From contig NC_058131.1 in assembly GCF_016433145.1 (NCBI RefSeq), positions 289,125,886 through 289,189,759 of the forward strand: DNA of 63,874 bases. Direction: 5' to 3'. The position numbers and the translations under genes are program-made. The DNA is from Gracilinanus agilis. Its lineage: Eukaryota. Positions 35,201 through 48,031 of the stretch are shown in pieces. Positions within the stretch are counted from its first letter, which is position 1. Each line of letters begins with the position of its first letter. The notes below the pieces were generated by a model. The model was not told the origin of the DNA. It was given only the letters and a program-made list of their open reading frames with translations, and made no database searches.

Positions 35201-38200
35201 CTCTCCAAAGAGACAGGAAAGGGAAGAGGACTATAGTCCTCATGAGATGCAACATAAAAGGTTCCTAGACTGGAGTTAGGAGACTTGAGTTCTAGTTTCA
35301 ACTTTGCAATTAAAAATAATAGTATACATTCTTAACAGCAACTTACTATTTACAAAATATTTTCCTTATAACATCCTTGTGAAGTAGGTAGTTCATGTAT
35401 GATCACTCTCATTTTACAGATGAGACAACTTATTAGAGAGGTTAAATGACGCATCTAATGTCACATACAGTGTGTGTGTGGGATCAGGATTAGAATCCTT
35501 TGATCAAGTCTTTGATTCTAAGTCTAGTCTCTCCATTACATTGTGCCTGATGACTTGTGTGGCTTGTGAAAATCACTTCCTTTCTCTGTGCCCCAGTTTC
35601 CTCATCTGTAAAATTAACAGACTGGCCCAAATCAGTATTTTTCAAAACTGTGTAATAGTGTTTAGAATGATGATTCTCATTTCTTCTCTTTCCCCATCCC
35701 AATGGAGAGATACATGGTCAATAGGCAGTTTCAAAGGAAAAAAATCCAAGATTTCAACAACTATATGAAAAAAATGTTCCAAATCACCAACAATTAGAGA
35801 AATGAAAAATGTTGAAAGGATTACAAAGAAACAGGCACATTAGTACATTGTGTAGCTGGGTAATTGGTCCAGCTATTCTGGAAAGTCACTAGACTGTGCA
35901 TACAAAGCAACATAACTATTAGGCCAATGAAGAGATCAAAGAGGAAGAAAAGGACTGACGTACAAACATATTGGAAACTAAAAGATTAATTGCGGAATGG
36001 CTAAACAAACTATGATTTATGAATATAATGGACTATTGCACCATAAGAAATGATGAAAGTTTCAGAAAAAACTGGTGAGACTTGTATGAGATACAGAATG
36101 AACAGAAGCAGAAGAATAAATAATCTATGTAATAACCATATTGTAAAGACAAACAACTACTTAAGACTTAAGAACTGATCAACTCCAGCCACAATTCCAG
36201 AGGACTTAGATGAAGCATGCTTCCCACTTCCTGACAAGAGGGGTGGTGAATTCAAGATGAAGAATGAAACATGTATTTTTGAAGATGGCCAATGTGGAAA
36301 TTTGTTTTGATTTGTTACACGGTTTTTTGCTTTTCTTTTTCCAGTGGAGGAAAGGGGAGGGCAGAGAACAACAAATGCTTTTAAATGGAAAAAATATAAT
36401 TTAGGGGGAAGCTGGGTAGCTCAGTGGATTGAGAGCCAGGCCTAGAGACAGGAGGTCCTAGCTTCAAATCTGGCCTCAGCCACTTCCCAGCTGTGTGACC
36501 CTGGGCAAGTCACTTAACCCCCACTGCCTAGCCCTTACCACTTTTCTGTCTTGGAGCCAATACACAGTATTGACTCCAAAACAGAAAGTTAGGGTTTAAA
36601 AAAAAACACAAAAACACAATTAAACAGTTAAAACCAGTGATTCCCAAAGTGGGCGCTACCGCCCCCTGGTGGGTGCTGCAGCGATCCAGGGAGGCAGTGA
36701 TGGCCACAGGTGCATTTATCTTTCCTATTAATTGCTATTAAAATTTAAAAAAAAAATTAATTTCCAGGGGGCTAAGTAATATTTTTTCTGGAAAGGGGGC
36801 GGTAGGCCGAAAAAGTTTGGGAACCACTGGTTTAAACAAAAGAAAAAACTGATGTCACATGAAATAAACAAGGGTTTTACTGGAAAATCACATGATACTA
36901 TTTTCTTCTTTAATACTTTAAATTTAACTTATTCACAAATCAAAAGTACTTATTCAGTAAGGTTAATTTTTCAGTTTGAAGACTGGCTTAATTTCTTTTA
37001 TTCTGAATTAAGATTCACCTAACCCTGATTATTCCACATCTCCAGGATGTCCAGATTGGTCTTTCAACATTTTAAATTTTAAAGTGTTTGGTGCCCACAT
37101 TGGTTTGAAAATTCTCACTTAAATGATCTCCACAGTCCCATGAAGATCTAACATTTCATGGCAAGGCAAGGCAGAAATTGAGGCTTTGAGAGGAGAGGTG
37201 AACATCTCAATATTATCCACCAAGTAGTAGCAAGAATGATAAATACCTCAGCTATTCAGAGCTGAAGTTCAGTACCTTGATGGCTGCTTCAGAATACATA
37301 AACTATTAGCTTCAGACCTTAGCTGATACAGGTTTTTTTTTTTTTTGGTTTGTTTTTGGCTGATATAGTTTTAACATGTATCATCAGAAAGCTCTCAGAT
37401 GATAGATTTTCAGCATTCTGAAAGGCCCCAGACAACTGAGATTTCAGCCTCTAGTCTCTACCTCTTTAAGCTCCTACCTGTTCCAGACAACTTCGGCAGG
37501 CTTCCTGGATCAGTTGCTCTGCATCGACATCTTCTCCAACATTGTCTCTGACATTAAAGGCTGCTTTCTGAAAGAACTAGGGAGAAAACCAAGGAAAAGG
37601 TTAAAGACCCTTGCCATCCAACTCGTCTATCTTCTTGCCCATTATCAGTCAAGGTAACAATAGTAAACAAAGGAACAGTTCTCACACATTTCAAGAAAAT
37701 AATTAACAGGGCTGGGAAGGACGAGAAGTCATTATAAAAGGCTTGCTCTCCTATGATGACAAACTGAAAAGACTGAGATTCTTCAAATTTTGATATATTT
37801 TTTTAAGCCCTTATCTTCCATCTTAGAATCAATACTGTGTATTGGTTCCAAGACAGAAAAGCTGGCAATGGGGGTTAAGTGACTTGCCCAGGGTCAGACA
37901 GTTAGGAAGTGTCTGAGGCCACACTCGAACTTGAGACTTCCTGTTTCTAGCCCTGGTTCTCAAACCACTGAGCAATCCAGCTGTCCCTGGCACCTGTCCT
38001 TTGAGGGTAGAGGAGTGGGACCCTCCACTCACTGGAGAGCATTCTCACACCTGGTCATACCCTTCACATCCCAGTGACTCTGAATTTCTACTGATCATCA
38101 TTTAAACCCTATTCTACAGTCCCATCACCTGATTCCTCATTCTCATCCCCCGCAACCCTCTCATCCAAAAGTTTCAACCTAATTCCATCCTGTCCTTCCC

Positions 38201-41200
38201 TTATGCCCTCTGGAATGGCTTATTCCCTAGAAAACAGACTTCTCTTCATCTTATATCTTTTCCTCTCTCAGCCCTTCATCTACTAGTTTTCCCTGAAACC
38301 TGGCTTCTCACTGATGATATACCCTCCCTGGCTACCCTCTTTTTCCAGTACAGGCTGCACCTTTACTCATTCTCCTTGGCTCACTGGTTGAGGAAGGAGC
38401 TGGAATACCCCTTTCTCCTCATTGCCACTTTTAGGTTCTCCCCCTACTTCCATCATTCTGTATGTAACCTTTCTTCCTTTGAGGTCCATCTACCATCCAA
38501 TCAAAATCCTGGTAGCTATTGTCTTACAAACTTCCAGGTTGATTCTCTTCCTTCCCAATGAGTTTGTTACCAAGCCTATGCTTTTTCTTTCCTCCTCAAT
38601 CCCTGCCCTCATACTGGGGGCATTAATTAATATACATATTAATTCTCCTTCAAATATCCCAACCACTCTGTTCTTCATTCTATTCACCTTCCATAAGTCA
38701 TATATAAAGATTGTCATATTCTTGTTCTTGCCATCATCCACAAATGTACCACTACTATGTTCAAGAATGTGCTACCATCTCCTTATCCTACCATAACCTA
38801 TTGGCTTTTAACCTCTCCCTCTGCCTTCCTTTACAGAAACCATAATCTTTGCCTGCACTGTGACCCAGAAACACTTTACCCCTTAATTAGCCACTCTCTT
38901 CTTCCCATCATGATTCCTTGATTCAACTCTACGGGCTTCCTTCCTCTTTTGAATTCCTAGTCCTCTTATCATAAGGCCAATTATGCTCAGCCAAGGATGA
39001 CTCCTATCATTTATTGCTTTCACTCCCACACATGTGCTGTTGAACAAAGGTTAAGAAAATCATGTACCATTCTGCTTGGGACCACTACAAATTTATGCTA
39101 CACAAGCTCAACAACAATGGGCCCTCACTATTGCTAGGCAATCCTAATATATACCTCCCTTATCAACTCTCCACAGTAGTTCTTCTAAAACTTTTCATCC
39201 TTTCTCAAATTTCTAAGGTTCCTCCTCTACCCATTCTATCAGCTGAAAACCTTGCTGTATATTTTAAAGAAAAAATTGAGGCCATGAAGCTAATTCTCTA
39301 TTCTTCCCACTTCATCTCTTATTACTCAGTTGCTTTCTACCACTTTCTCCTTCACTCAATTCACATAATGGAGTAGCCTTACCCCTCAATCAATGGTAGT
39401 CCCTCTGTTAGTTCAAGTGATCCTATTTCAACCCATCTCCTCCAGCAGACTGCTCTCTCTGTCATCACCATTTCTTTCATTTGACCTCTCTGTTATTCCC
39501 TATTGTCTACAAACATGTCCATCCTCAAGAAACCCTCACTTGATCCTTCCATCCCTGCTATTGGTCTTTATATCTTCTGCCCTTTGTAGCTAAACTCCTC
39601 AAAAAGACTACCTACAATTTTTTTTTTTTTTAATCCTGGGACTCCATTCAAGGAGCATAGGGCCACAACCAGTAGGCAATGGGACACAGTCACTCAGGGT
39701 CACCCAGCTGGGAAGTGTCTGAGCCCGGACTTGAACCTAGGACCTTTTCGTCTCTAGGCCTGGCTCTCAATCCATTGAGCTAACCCAGCTGCCCCTACTT
39801 TAGGTTGCAGTTTCTTTAGCATATGTAGTTTTTACAGGGTGGGGTTGCTAACCCCACACCCAACCCTCTTCCTTTTTCATCCGGGCTAGGGACCGTCCTT
39901 GGCCCAGGAGTGGTAAGGGTGGGCAGTAGGGGTCAAGTGACTTGCCCAAGGTCACACAGCTGGAAGTGTCCGAGGCCGGACTTGAACCTAGGACCTCCAG
40001 TCTCTAGGCCTGGCTCTCAATCCACTGAGCCACTCAGCTGCCCCCTACCTACAATAGGTGCCTCTATTTCCTCTGCTTTCATTTTCTTCTTAATCCCTCA
40101 TGATCTGGCTTCCAACTTTATTGTTCCACTGAAACTGCTGTCTCCAAAGTTACTAATGATCTTTTAGTTGCCTTTTATCCATCCTTATTCTCCTTATTCT
40201 CCCTCTGTGGCCTTTGACACTGACTCATCCTTGATATTCTCTTCTCTCTAGGTTTTTGGATCAGCAGCCTTCTCCTGATTCTCCTATCTGCTTCTTCTCT
40301 GCTGGATCCTCTTCCAGATCACAATCTCTAACTAAAGTATCCTGCCCTGGATCCTCTTTTCTTCTCCCTCTACCCCTTGGTGATCTAATTAACTTCTCAT
40401 GAATTTAATTAGAGTTTCTATGCTGATGATTTCTCAAAACTAGTCATCCTGCCCCCAAATCTCTACTGACCTCCAATCTTGCATCTCCAACTGCCTCTCA
40501 GACATCTTGAACTGGATGTTCATTAAACATTTTAAACTCAATAAATCCAAAATGGAACTCATCTTTTCCCTTAAATTTCACCCCCACCCCTTCCCAATTA
40601 CTGTAGAGCAGGGGTTGGCAAGGTATGGCTCTTTCTGCAGGAGCCATAAGGTCAATTTTTTTCAGGCAGTTACAGGAGCGCGCACTGTATGGCTCTCACA
40701 AAATTACATTTTAAAAAATGTGGGTTTATGGCTCTCATGGCCAAAAAGGTTGCCGACCCCTGATGTAGTATCATCTTTCCAGTTCCTCACAACCTGAGTC
40801 ATCCTGGACTCCCCATTCTTGTTCACCTCCCATATCCAAGCTGTTGCCAAGGCCCTTTGATTTCGACTTTGCAACATCTCCCAAATACACTCCCTTCTTT
40901 CCTCTGACACATACCTAAAGTCATTTCACACCTAGACTATAGCAGTAGTGTGTTGATGGGTCTACTTACCTCATGTCTCCCAATTCCAAGCCACAAAAGT
41001 GATTTACCTAAAGCATAAGTCCTGTCAAATCACCTCCCCCATTCATACTCATGTCTTCCTACTGTAAGGAACAAATAGAAAATGCCATTTGGCATTCAAA
41101 CTAGTCCCCACTTACCTTTACAGTCTTCTTAAACCTTATTCCCCAATATATACTCTTCAATCCAGTGACATTGGTCTCCTGGCTCTTTCACAAACAGCTT

Positions 41201-43077
41201 GGAATACTTTCTCTGGCTGTCCCTCATCACTACATATTGGTATCTCTGGATTCCTTAAGTCTCAACTAAAATCTCACCTTCTACAAGAAATATTCCCAAT
41301 CCCTCTTAATTCTAGTTAAGGAAATTACTTAATTACAGAGAGCCTTCCCTTTATTATCTTCAAATATCTACAGATATTTGTATATTTGTTTACATGTTGC
41401 CTCCCTGATTAGAAAGTAAGCTCTTTGAGGACAGAGAATGTCTTTTGTCTCTTTTTGCATCCCCAGTGTTTAGCACAATGCTTGGCACATAGTAGGTGCT
41501 TAATTGATTCTTACTGATTGATAGACCTTCATGAATGCTAGGAAGTGGAAAATGACACATCCAGTTCAGAGAATAGCTAGCAATCTTGTTCAGCGAAAGG
41601 TTCGAGAATGATGGTGGATCATATTGTAGATGGGAATTATTACTTCATACTCAATGTTACACTAAAGGTTTCTGAGAAATGACACGGTCAGATCTGTGCC
41701 TTAGGAAGATGATTCTGGCATCACAGTGGAGGGTGAAGGAGAGGGGAGGCACTAGAGGCAGGAAGACCAGTCAGGAGATTATTACAATCACAGAAGTGAG
41801 AAATGATGAGTTCTTGAACCAGAATGTGTAGATAGATAGAAGGTAAGGGATATAAGTTGTGGTAGAGTAGACTCAGCAACGGATTTGATATAAGAAAGAA
41901 ATGAGAGATTGAAAAATGTAATGGCTAATATCTATAAATTCACAAAGTTTGATAGGATCTGTTCTTTCCCTATCTTTGTAAGCAATTTATATGATATTGG
42001 AATTAATTGTTCTTTGAATGTATAATAGAATTCTCTTTTTAAGACCATCTGGTCTGGGGTTTTTTCCTTCAGGAGTTCCTTTATGGATTATTAAATTTCA
42101 TTTCTGAGACTGAGTTATTTAAATTCTTAGTTCCTTTTTTTGTTAATCTGAGAATTTTACATTTTTTGTAAATATTTATCCATTTAATTTATTAATTTTA
42201 TTGCTATATAAAAGAAAAATTACTTTTTAATAACTTCCTTTATTTCATATTAATGTATTTTACATTCTCTTTTTCATTTTCAATACAGGCAATGACGAAT
42301 ACTGAAGGGGATGGAAAAATAGGGTGCACTGTTAGTGATGCTGTGAACTGGTCTAATCATTCTGGAGAATAATTTGGAACTATGCCCAAAGGGCTATAAA
42401 ACTGTGTATACTCTTTGACCCAGTGATACTATTATTAAGTCTGTGCCCTAAAGGTTTCAAAGAAAAAAGGAAAGGATCTATATGTACAAAAATATTTATA
42501 GCAACTCTTTTTGTGGTGACAAAGAACTGTAAATGGAAGAGTAGTCTACCAATTGGAGAATGGCTTGAACAAGTTGTGATTTATGATTAAAAACCCCAAC
42601 ATTTATCTTCTGTCTTAGAATCAAATCTAAGTATCAGTTCCAAGGCAGAAGAGTAGTAAGGGCTAGACAACTGGGGTTCAGTGACTTGCCCAAGGTCACA
42701 CAGGTAGGGTAGTATCTGAGGCCAGATTTGAACAAAGTATCTTGTCTCCAGACCTGGTTCTCTGTCTACTGAGCCACTTAACTGTCCCTGTGGTAGATGA
42801 CTGTGATGGAATATTACTGTGCTAAAATAAATAATGAAGGAGATAGTTTCAGAAAGATTTGTCAAGACTTAAATGGGAGGGAGAGAAAGGGGAGAGGGTC
42901 AGCTGGGTGGCTCAGTGGATTGTGAGCCAGGCCTAGAGATGGAAGTTCCTAGGCTCAAAACTGGCCTCAGACATGTCTTAGCTATGTGACCCTGGGCAAG
43001 TCATTTCACCCCCACTGCCTAGCCCTTACCACTCTTCTGCCTTAGTATTGATTCTAAGACAGAAGGTAAGGGTTTAA

Positions 43078-43119
<42 letters not shown>

Positions 43120-46100
43120 CTTAAATGCAGGGATGAAAAATAAAATGAGCAAAACTAGAACATTGTACACAATAATGGCAATATTGTAACAACAATCAAC
43201 TATGAAAGACTTAATTATTCTGATCAATACAACAATCCACAATTCCAAAGGATTCATGATGAAAAATGCTGTCTACCTCTAGTGATTCTGAGTATAGATT
43301 GAAGCATATTTTTTTCTTGAAATCCCCCTTTAGCATTAGCAACATGGCTAATATGGAAATATGTTTTATATGATTTCATACATATGATAGATTTCCTGTT
43401 TTTTTGCCTTCTCAATGGGTGGGGGAGGAGGTGGAGAGAGAGAATTTGGAACTGAAAATTAGGAAAAAAAAGTAGTACAGAGAGGGAAGAAGTGTGAAGT
43501 GGTATATGATGGCTGCCTTCAAATAATTAACAGGCTATCAAGGAAAGAAGAAATTGAAATTTGGCTTAGCTCTAGAGCAAGAATTAGAATCAGTGCCTAG
43601 AAGTAATAGGGAGGTGGTTTTAGCCAAATATAGGGTAGACCTGAAACTCAGTATGTCCAAAACATTAGTCATTATCTTTCTCCTCAAACTTCCTTTCTCA
43701 AATTTCCCTATCTCTGTTGAGGGTACTACCATTCCTCTAGTCCCTTGGGTTTGCAACCTTGGAGTCCTCCCTGGCTTCTCACTCTCTTTCACCTCACATA
43801 TCTGATAAGTTGGCAAACCTTGTCAATTCTACCTTTGCATTATTTCTGGCATCCATTCTCTTCTCATTACTCATATGGCCATTACCCTGGTTCAAGTCTT
43901 TCCCATCCTGAATCCATTAACCACAAAGCTGCTGAAGAGATTTTTCCTAAAGCACAAGATCTGAACTTGGCAGGGGCTCAAGAAACTCTAGTGGCTTCTT
44001 ATTACCTTCACTATATTTTATTAAAAACAAAAACAAAAAAACAAATCCTAATCTTCTACCTTAGAATATGTACTGGTTCCAAGGCAGAAGAGTAGTCCAG
44101 GGCTAGGTAATTGAGGTTAAGTAACTTGCTTAAGATCACACAATTAAGAAGTGTCTGAGGCTAGATTTGAATCTAGGACTTCTTGTCTCTAGATCTGACT
44201 CTCAATCCTCTGAGTCACCTAGTTGCCCCTTCTCATTACTTTTAGGATCAAATACAAACTCCTCTGTCATTTTTTAAAGCCCTCATAAACTGTTCTCAAC
44301 CTACCTTTCTAGGACTAGTATTTTATTACTCTACTTCACAGACTTTTTAGGCCTTTGCATGGGCTGTCCACCAGCTTTAGAATAAATTCCCTCCTCACTT
44401 CTACTTCTCAGAATTTCTATCTAGCTTCCTTCAAATTTCTGTCCAGGTATCATCTTCTTTAACAACAACACCACCACCACCACCACCACCACCACCACCA
44501 CCACTCCCATCTTCAGTCTTAGAATCCATAATAAATATCAGTTCCAAGGCAGAAGAGCAATTGGGGTTAAGCAACTTGTCTAGGGTCACAGTGTTAGGAA
44601 GTGTCTGAGGTCATATTTGAACATAGGACCTCCTATCTCTAAGCCTGGCACTCTCTCCACTGTCTACTGGATAGTATATTTTGGGAAGGACATTAATTAG
44701 CCAGACAGTACCCAAAGGAGGGCAATGAGGACAGTGAAAAGCCTAAGTTCATGCCACAGAAGATCAGCTAAAGGATCTGAGTATATATAGTTTGAAGAAG
44801 AAAAGACTTAGGTGGATGTGAGAGTTGTCTTCAAGTTCCAGAAAAACTATCATTCTAAGGAGGGAATAGATCTGTTTAGCTTGACCTCCGAAAATAATAC
44901 TAAAGAAATGGGTAGGGGGCAGCTAGGTAGCATAGTAGATAGAGTGCCAGTCCTGGAGTAAGGAAGATCTGGGTTCAAATTTGGCCTCAGATCCTTCCTA
45001 GCTATGTGACCCTGAGCAAGTCACTTAACACTGCTCTTCTGCCTTAGAATGACACTTAGTACCAATTCTAAGACAGAAGGTCAGGATTAAAAAAAAAAAG
45101 AAGAAACAGGTAGAAGTAGCAAAGATACAAATTTAGATGTGAGGTAAGGCAAAAATTTCCTAACAGCTATCAAAAAATGAAGATGAGGGGCAGCTGGGTA
45201 GCTCAGTGGATTGAGAGTCAGGCCTAGAGACAGGAGGTCCTAGGTTCAAATCCGGCCTCAGACACTTCCCAGCTGTGTGACCCTGGGCAAGTCCCTTGAC
45301 CCCCATTGCCCACCCTTACTACTCTTCCACCAAAGAGCCAATACACAGAAGTTAAGGGTTTAAAAAAAAAAATGAAGATGACTGCCTTGGAGGAAGTGGG
45401 TTTCTCTTCAATGGAGAGTTTAAGCAAAAATTATAGAGAATAAATTCTTTCTCAGGAATAGACTGTACCAGACAGCCTGAGCTTCCTTTATATCTGAGAT
45501 CTGGTAACCTCTATACTCTGTGATTCTCTTATGTCAAGTCCTACTTTATGCAACAGGTAATAAAGTTATGGTATTTATTACCTCAAGAAGCTGCAGAAAG
45601 AGCTTATACAAGTGAATCAATGACAGAGGTATAAAAATCTGGGAGGTATGCCTCAAAGAATTTAAGAGTTGAAAGGCATCTCTGACTGCATCTAATGCAA
45701 CCTATTCCTAAACAGGAATACTCATTACAAGAGCTAAGTGATCCCTCAGCCACCTTTGAAGACTTCCAGTGAGGCAGATCTTACTATCAGTGGAATCCAT
45801 TCTACTGCAGGGCAGCTCTAATTATTATGAACTTTTCCCTTCCACTAAATCCAAATCTGCTCTTGCACTTTCTACCTGACGCACCTATTTCTGACATTAA
45901 GGATTCAGGGGTTAATTGGAACATGTCTTAATTCCTTCATGATAGCTCTTCAAATATCAAAGACAGCTATCTATTATGCCACCTCAAAAGTCTCTTCTTT
46001 AAGCTAAAAACCTGCAAGTTCTTCAACGTGTTCTTTTATGGCACAGTCCCCAGTCGCTTTGAAGAAGGAAATGGCAAACCATTCCAGGATCTTTTCCAAG

Positions 46101-48031
46101 AAAAATCCATATTATCACGAAGAGTTGGATATCCTTCTTCAAATGTGACCTGCTAAAACTGAATGCTGGGTGCCTCCGTGGATAGAGAGTCAGACCTGGA
46201 GATAGGAGGTTCTCAAATACTTCCCTAGTGACCCTGGGTTAAGTCACTTAAACCCAATTGCCTAGCCCTTACTGCTCTTCTGCCTTGGAACCAATACATA
46301 GTACTGCTCCTAAGACAGAAGGTATGGGTTCACAAAAATAATAAATAAATAAAACTAAATGTAGTACTACTCCATCTATTATCTGACTAGGATATGGAAC
46401 ATTACCTTTATTACTAATGTCAGAAAAGACAAGCAAACCTTTCTATGGGCCATTCCTTAGGGTTATTAGCAACAGAATGCTAGGAATGCTGGAATATGAG
46501 TATGACCCAGTCTGAGTACTTATATTCCTGTCAAATGTTTTTTGATGAAAACTTTTGGGAATGTTTCTAGGGAAAATTTTCTGACATGTAGGGGTTGGAT
46601 AAGATGGATTTAGGGAACCCAGGAGGACTAAGATTCTGTGATTCTGATGTAGAAGATTAGATCGGAGTAAACAGGGTGTACCTGTTGGCATTTCCTTGCC
46701 TATTTTCCCTCAACATCACTTGCCTTCATATACTTGTTGAAGACTGTCTGAATCTCTTCATTGATGCTTGGTTGTAGGACAGCTCGAAGCAAGTCCATAG
46801 AGATGGCAGGGTCTGTGAAGCTGTGTTTCAAAAAGGAGAAAATGCCACATTGGTTCTGATGCTTGATTCATCTTTGTCCTGCCAGGGTCACTGACTCTTG
46901 TTATGGTTTTTCTTACTTTACTCCTTAAATAAACACTTATCAACTTTCAAAACTGTCATTCAAAAAGTCAATCAATAAACATTTACAGTATCTATTGCAT
47001 TTAAGACATTATAAATTTAAGACACAGTCCCTCCTTTCAAAGAGATTATAATCTGGTTTGGAAAGATAAAGATTCAGCCTAGGACCTCTATCTATCAACT
47101 CATTAGTGTTACTGGGAACTGTTTTGGGAGGGAATTGGTACTAGATTATAAATAAATTAGGCCTGATTTCTTCCAAACCCAAAGAAATCCTAACACACAC
47201 ACACACACACATGAAGATTGGTAAATCATCACCACAAAAATCTGGCAGAGTCCAGGAGATTTATGGAAAAGTGAAGAACTTCAGCAAGTGGAAGACTGTG
47301 ACAGACTTGGCTAGTTCACTAGCTGGATAAACTCCTTCACTTTACCGAGGTAAAAACTGAGGTCCAGAGAAAACAAATGTCTTGTCCATGGACACATATA
47401 GGATTACATAATTTGGATTCAGAAGGGATTTTGGAGGTCACTTAGGAAACATCTCATTTTACATTTTTAAGAAACAGGAAGCTTGTTTTCTGGATCTTCT
47501 CACTCTACATCAGAGCTCTTTCCTTACATCATACAGGGAGTTACGTCTGCCCTCCTAATTTCTTCACGGGTCTCCAGCAGAGAAGACAGCCCGCCCCCCT
47601 CCTCCCAGCCCCCAGTAGTAGGGGGCTCCGGGGCAACTGCTAGTGGTCCCGGGCCTGGCAGGCTCACCTCGTCGTCATCTGGGAGCGGCGGCCCCTACGC
47701 TGCACCTGCCGATGTTTAATCATGATGTTCCAGGGATTCTGCAGGGACCAAGGTGCTGGTGACCCTCCACGCTCCCGACCCCAGACTCCAGAGGAAAGGT
47801 CGGGGCTGGACACAGGACCCTTCTCAGTCCTGGCCCCCACCCCAGTCCAGTTCCCTGCCCCCAGGCCTCAGCCTGGCCGGCCTGGCCCGAGGGGCCCGTG
47901 CCCCCTCCCCGGCGCCCCTCTCTCACCGTGACCACCAGCTGCCCCGCCGAACCCTCGTCCCCGGGCTCTGGGCCGCCCCGCTCCGCTCCACTGGGACCCC
48001 GCGGCTGCTCTGGATCCCGAGTGGCCCCCAT
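26231..48031 (-). CDS. DNTTIP1: TdT-interacting protein 1 (MiDAC subunit), 329 aa. Exons 47927-48031, 47668-47738, 46724-46820, 37478-37576, 34905-34973, 34545-34601, 34237-34295, 32781-32826, 31354-31412, 31157-31217, 28733-28804, 26503-26558, 26231-26369
   Basis: The 13 exons sum to 990 nt with consistent phases. Translation MGATRDPEQPRGPSGAERGG...NPWNIMIKHRQVQRRGRRSQMTTSFTDPAISMDLLRAVLQPSINEEIQ...KKRKGRPPG (AT-hook)...AYLLIEEDIRDLAASDDYR... matches remembered human DNTTIP1. Intron 3 has a GC donor. AATAAA on the minus strand at 25986-25991. Confidence 0.97.
27141..27844 (-). mobile_element. Solo LTR in DNTTIP1 intron 11, same orientation as the gene
   Basis: TG...CA termini. On the minus strand: TATAA (27608-27612), donor GTGAGT (27498-27493) and AATAAA (27246-27241). 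No clear TSD. Confidence 0.8.
30793..30997 (-). mobile_element. SINE1_Mdo-type SINE
   Basis: TSD ccaggtacc. Further copies lie near 2518, 3570, 8735, 9195, 15000, 19845, 24745, 25335, 26785, 28975, 29725, 30010, 31630, 33250, 42590, 42895, 44045, 44510, 44915, 46170 and 52306. Confidence 0.88.
33744..33929 (+). mobile_element. hAT-family MITE, copy 2 of the 6567 family
   Basis: Near-identical internal sequence to 6567-6778. Perfect 8-bp TSD TTCTAGGT (33736-33743 / 33930-33937). Confidence 0.9.
35700..36400 (+). mobile_element. LINE-1 3' fragment
   Basis: ORF2 C-terminal and 3'-UTR similarity. Confidence 0.7.
36403..36610 (+). mobile_element. SINE1_Mdo-type SINE (DNTTIP1 intron 4)
   Basis: Full head, body and A-rich tail. 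Confidence 0.9.
36635..36829 (+). mobile_element. hAT-family MITE (second family)
   Basis: TIRs cagtgattcccaaa...tttgggaaccactg and an 8-bp TSD GTTAAAAC/GTTTAAAC (7 of 8 match). Confidence 0.88.
37798..37986 (-). mobile_element. SINE1_Mdo-type SINE (DNTTIP1 intron 3)
   Basis: Reverse complement of the family consensus. Confidence 0.88.
39619..40044 (-). mobile_element. Composite (dimeric) SINE
   Basis: Two SINE heads joined by a ~110-bp linker, with a single A-tail and one 11-bp TSD ctacctacaat (39608-39618 / 40045-40055). Confidence 0.85.
40609..40762 (+). mobile_element. hAT-family MITE (third family), inserted in L2
   Basis: TIRs caggggttggcaa...ttgccgacccctg with a degenerate 8-bp TSD. 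Confidence 0.8.
41930..43460. mobile_element. LINE-1 fragments interrupted by two SINEs
   Basis: L1 ORF2 3' end (ctggagaataatttggaactatgccc...) and 3' UTR. Confidence 0.7.
43077..43117. repeat. (AAT)n microsatellite at a SINE tail
   Basis: About 13 aat units. Confidence 0.95.
44470..44503. repeat. (CAC)n microsatellite
   Basis: About 11 cac units. Confidence 0.93.
45187..45365 (+). mobile_element. SINE1_Mdo-type SINE
   Basis: TSD aaaaaatgaagatga. Confidence 0.9.

Larger units (their letters stand above)
38000..41520 (+). mobile_element. Long LINE-2 remnant (endonuclease region and 3' end) with nested SINE dimer and MITE
   Basis: Degenerate ALWN...ETW endonuclease motifs near 38200-38310. 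L2 3' terminus gcacatagtaggtgcttaat at ~41485-41505. Confidence 0.8.

Noticed and set aside
43054-43257. Poly-isoleucine ORF
   Set aside because: Translation of the (AAT)n microsatellite.
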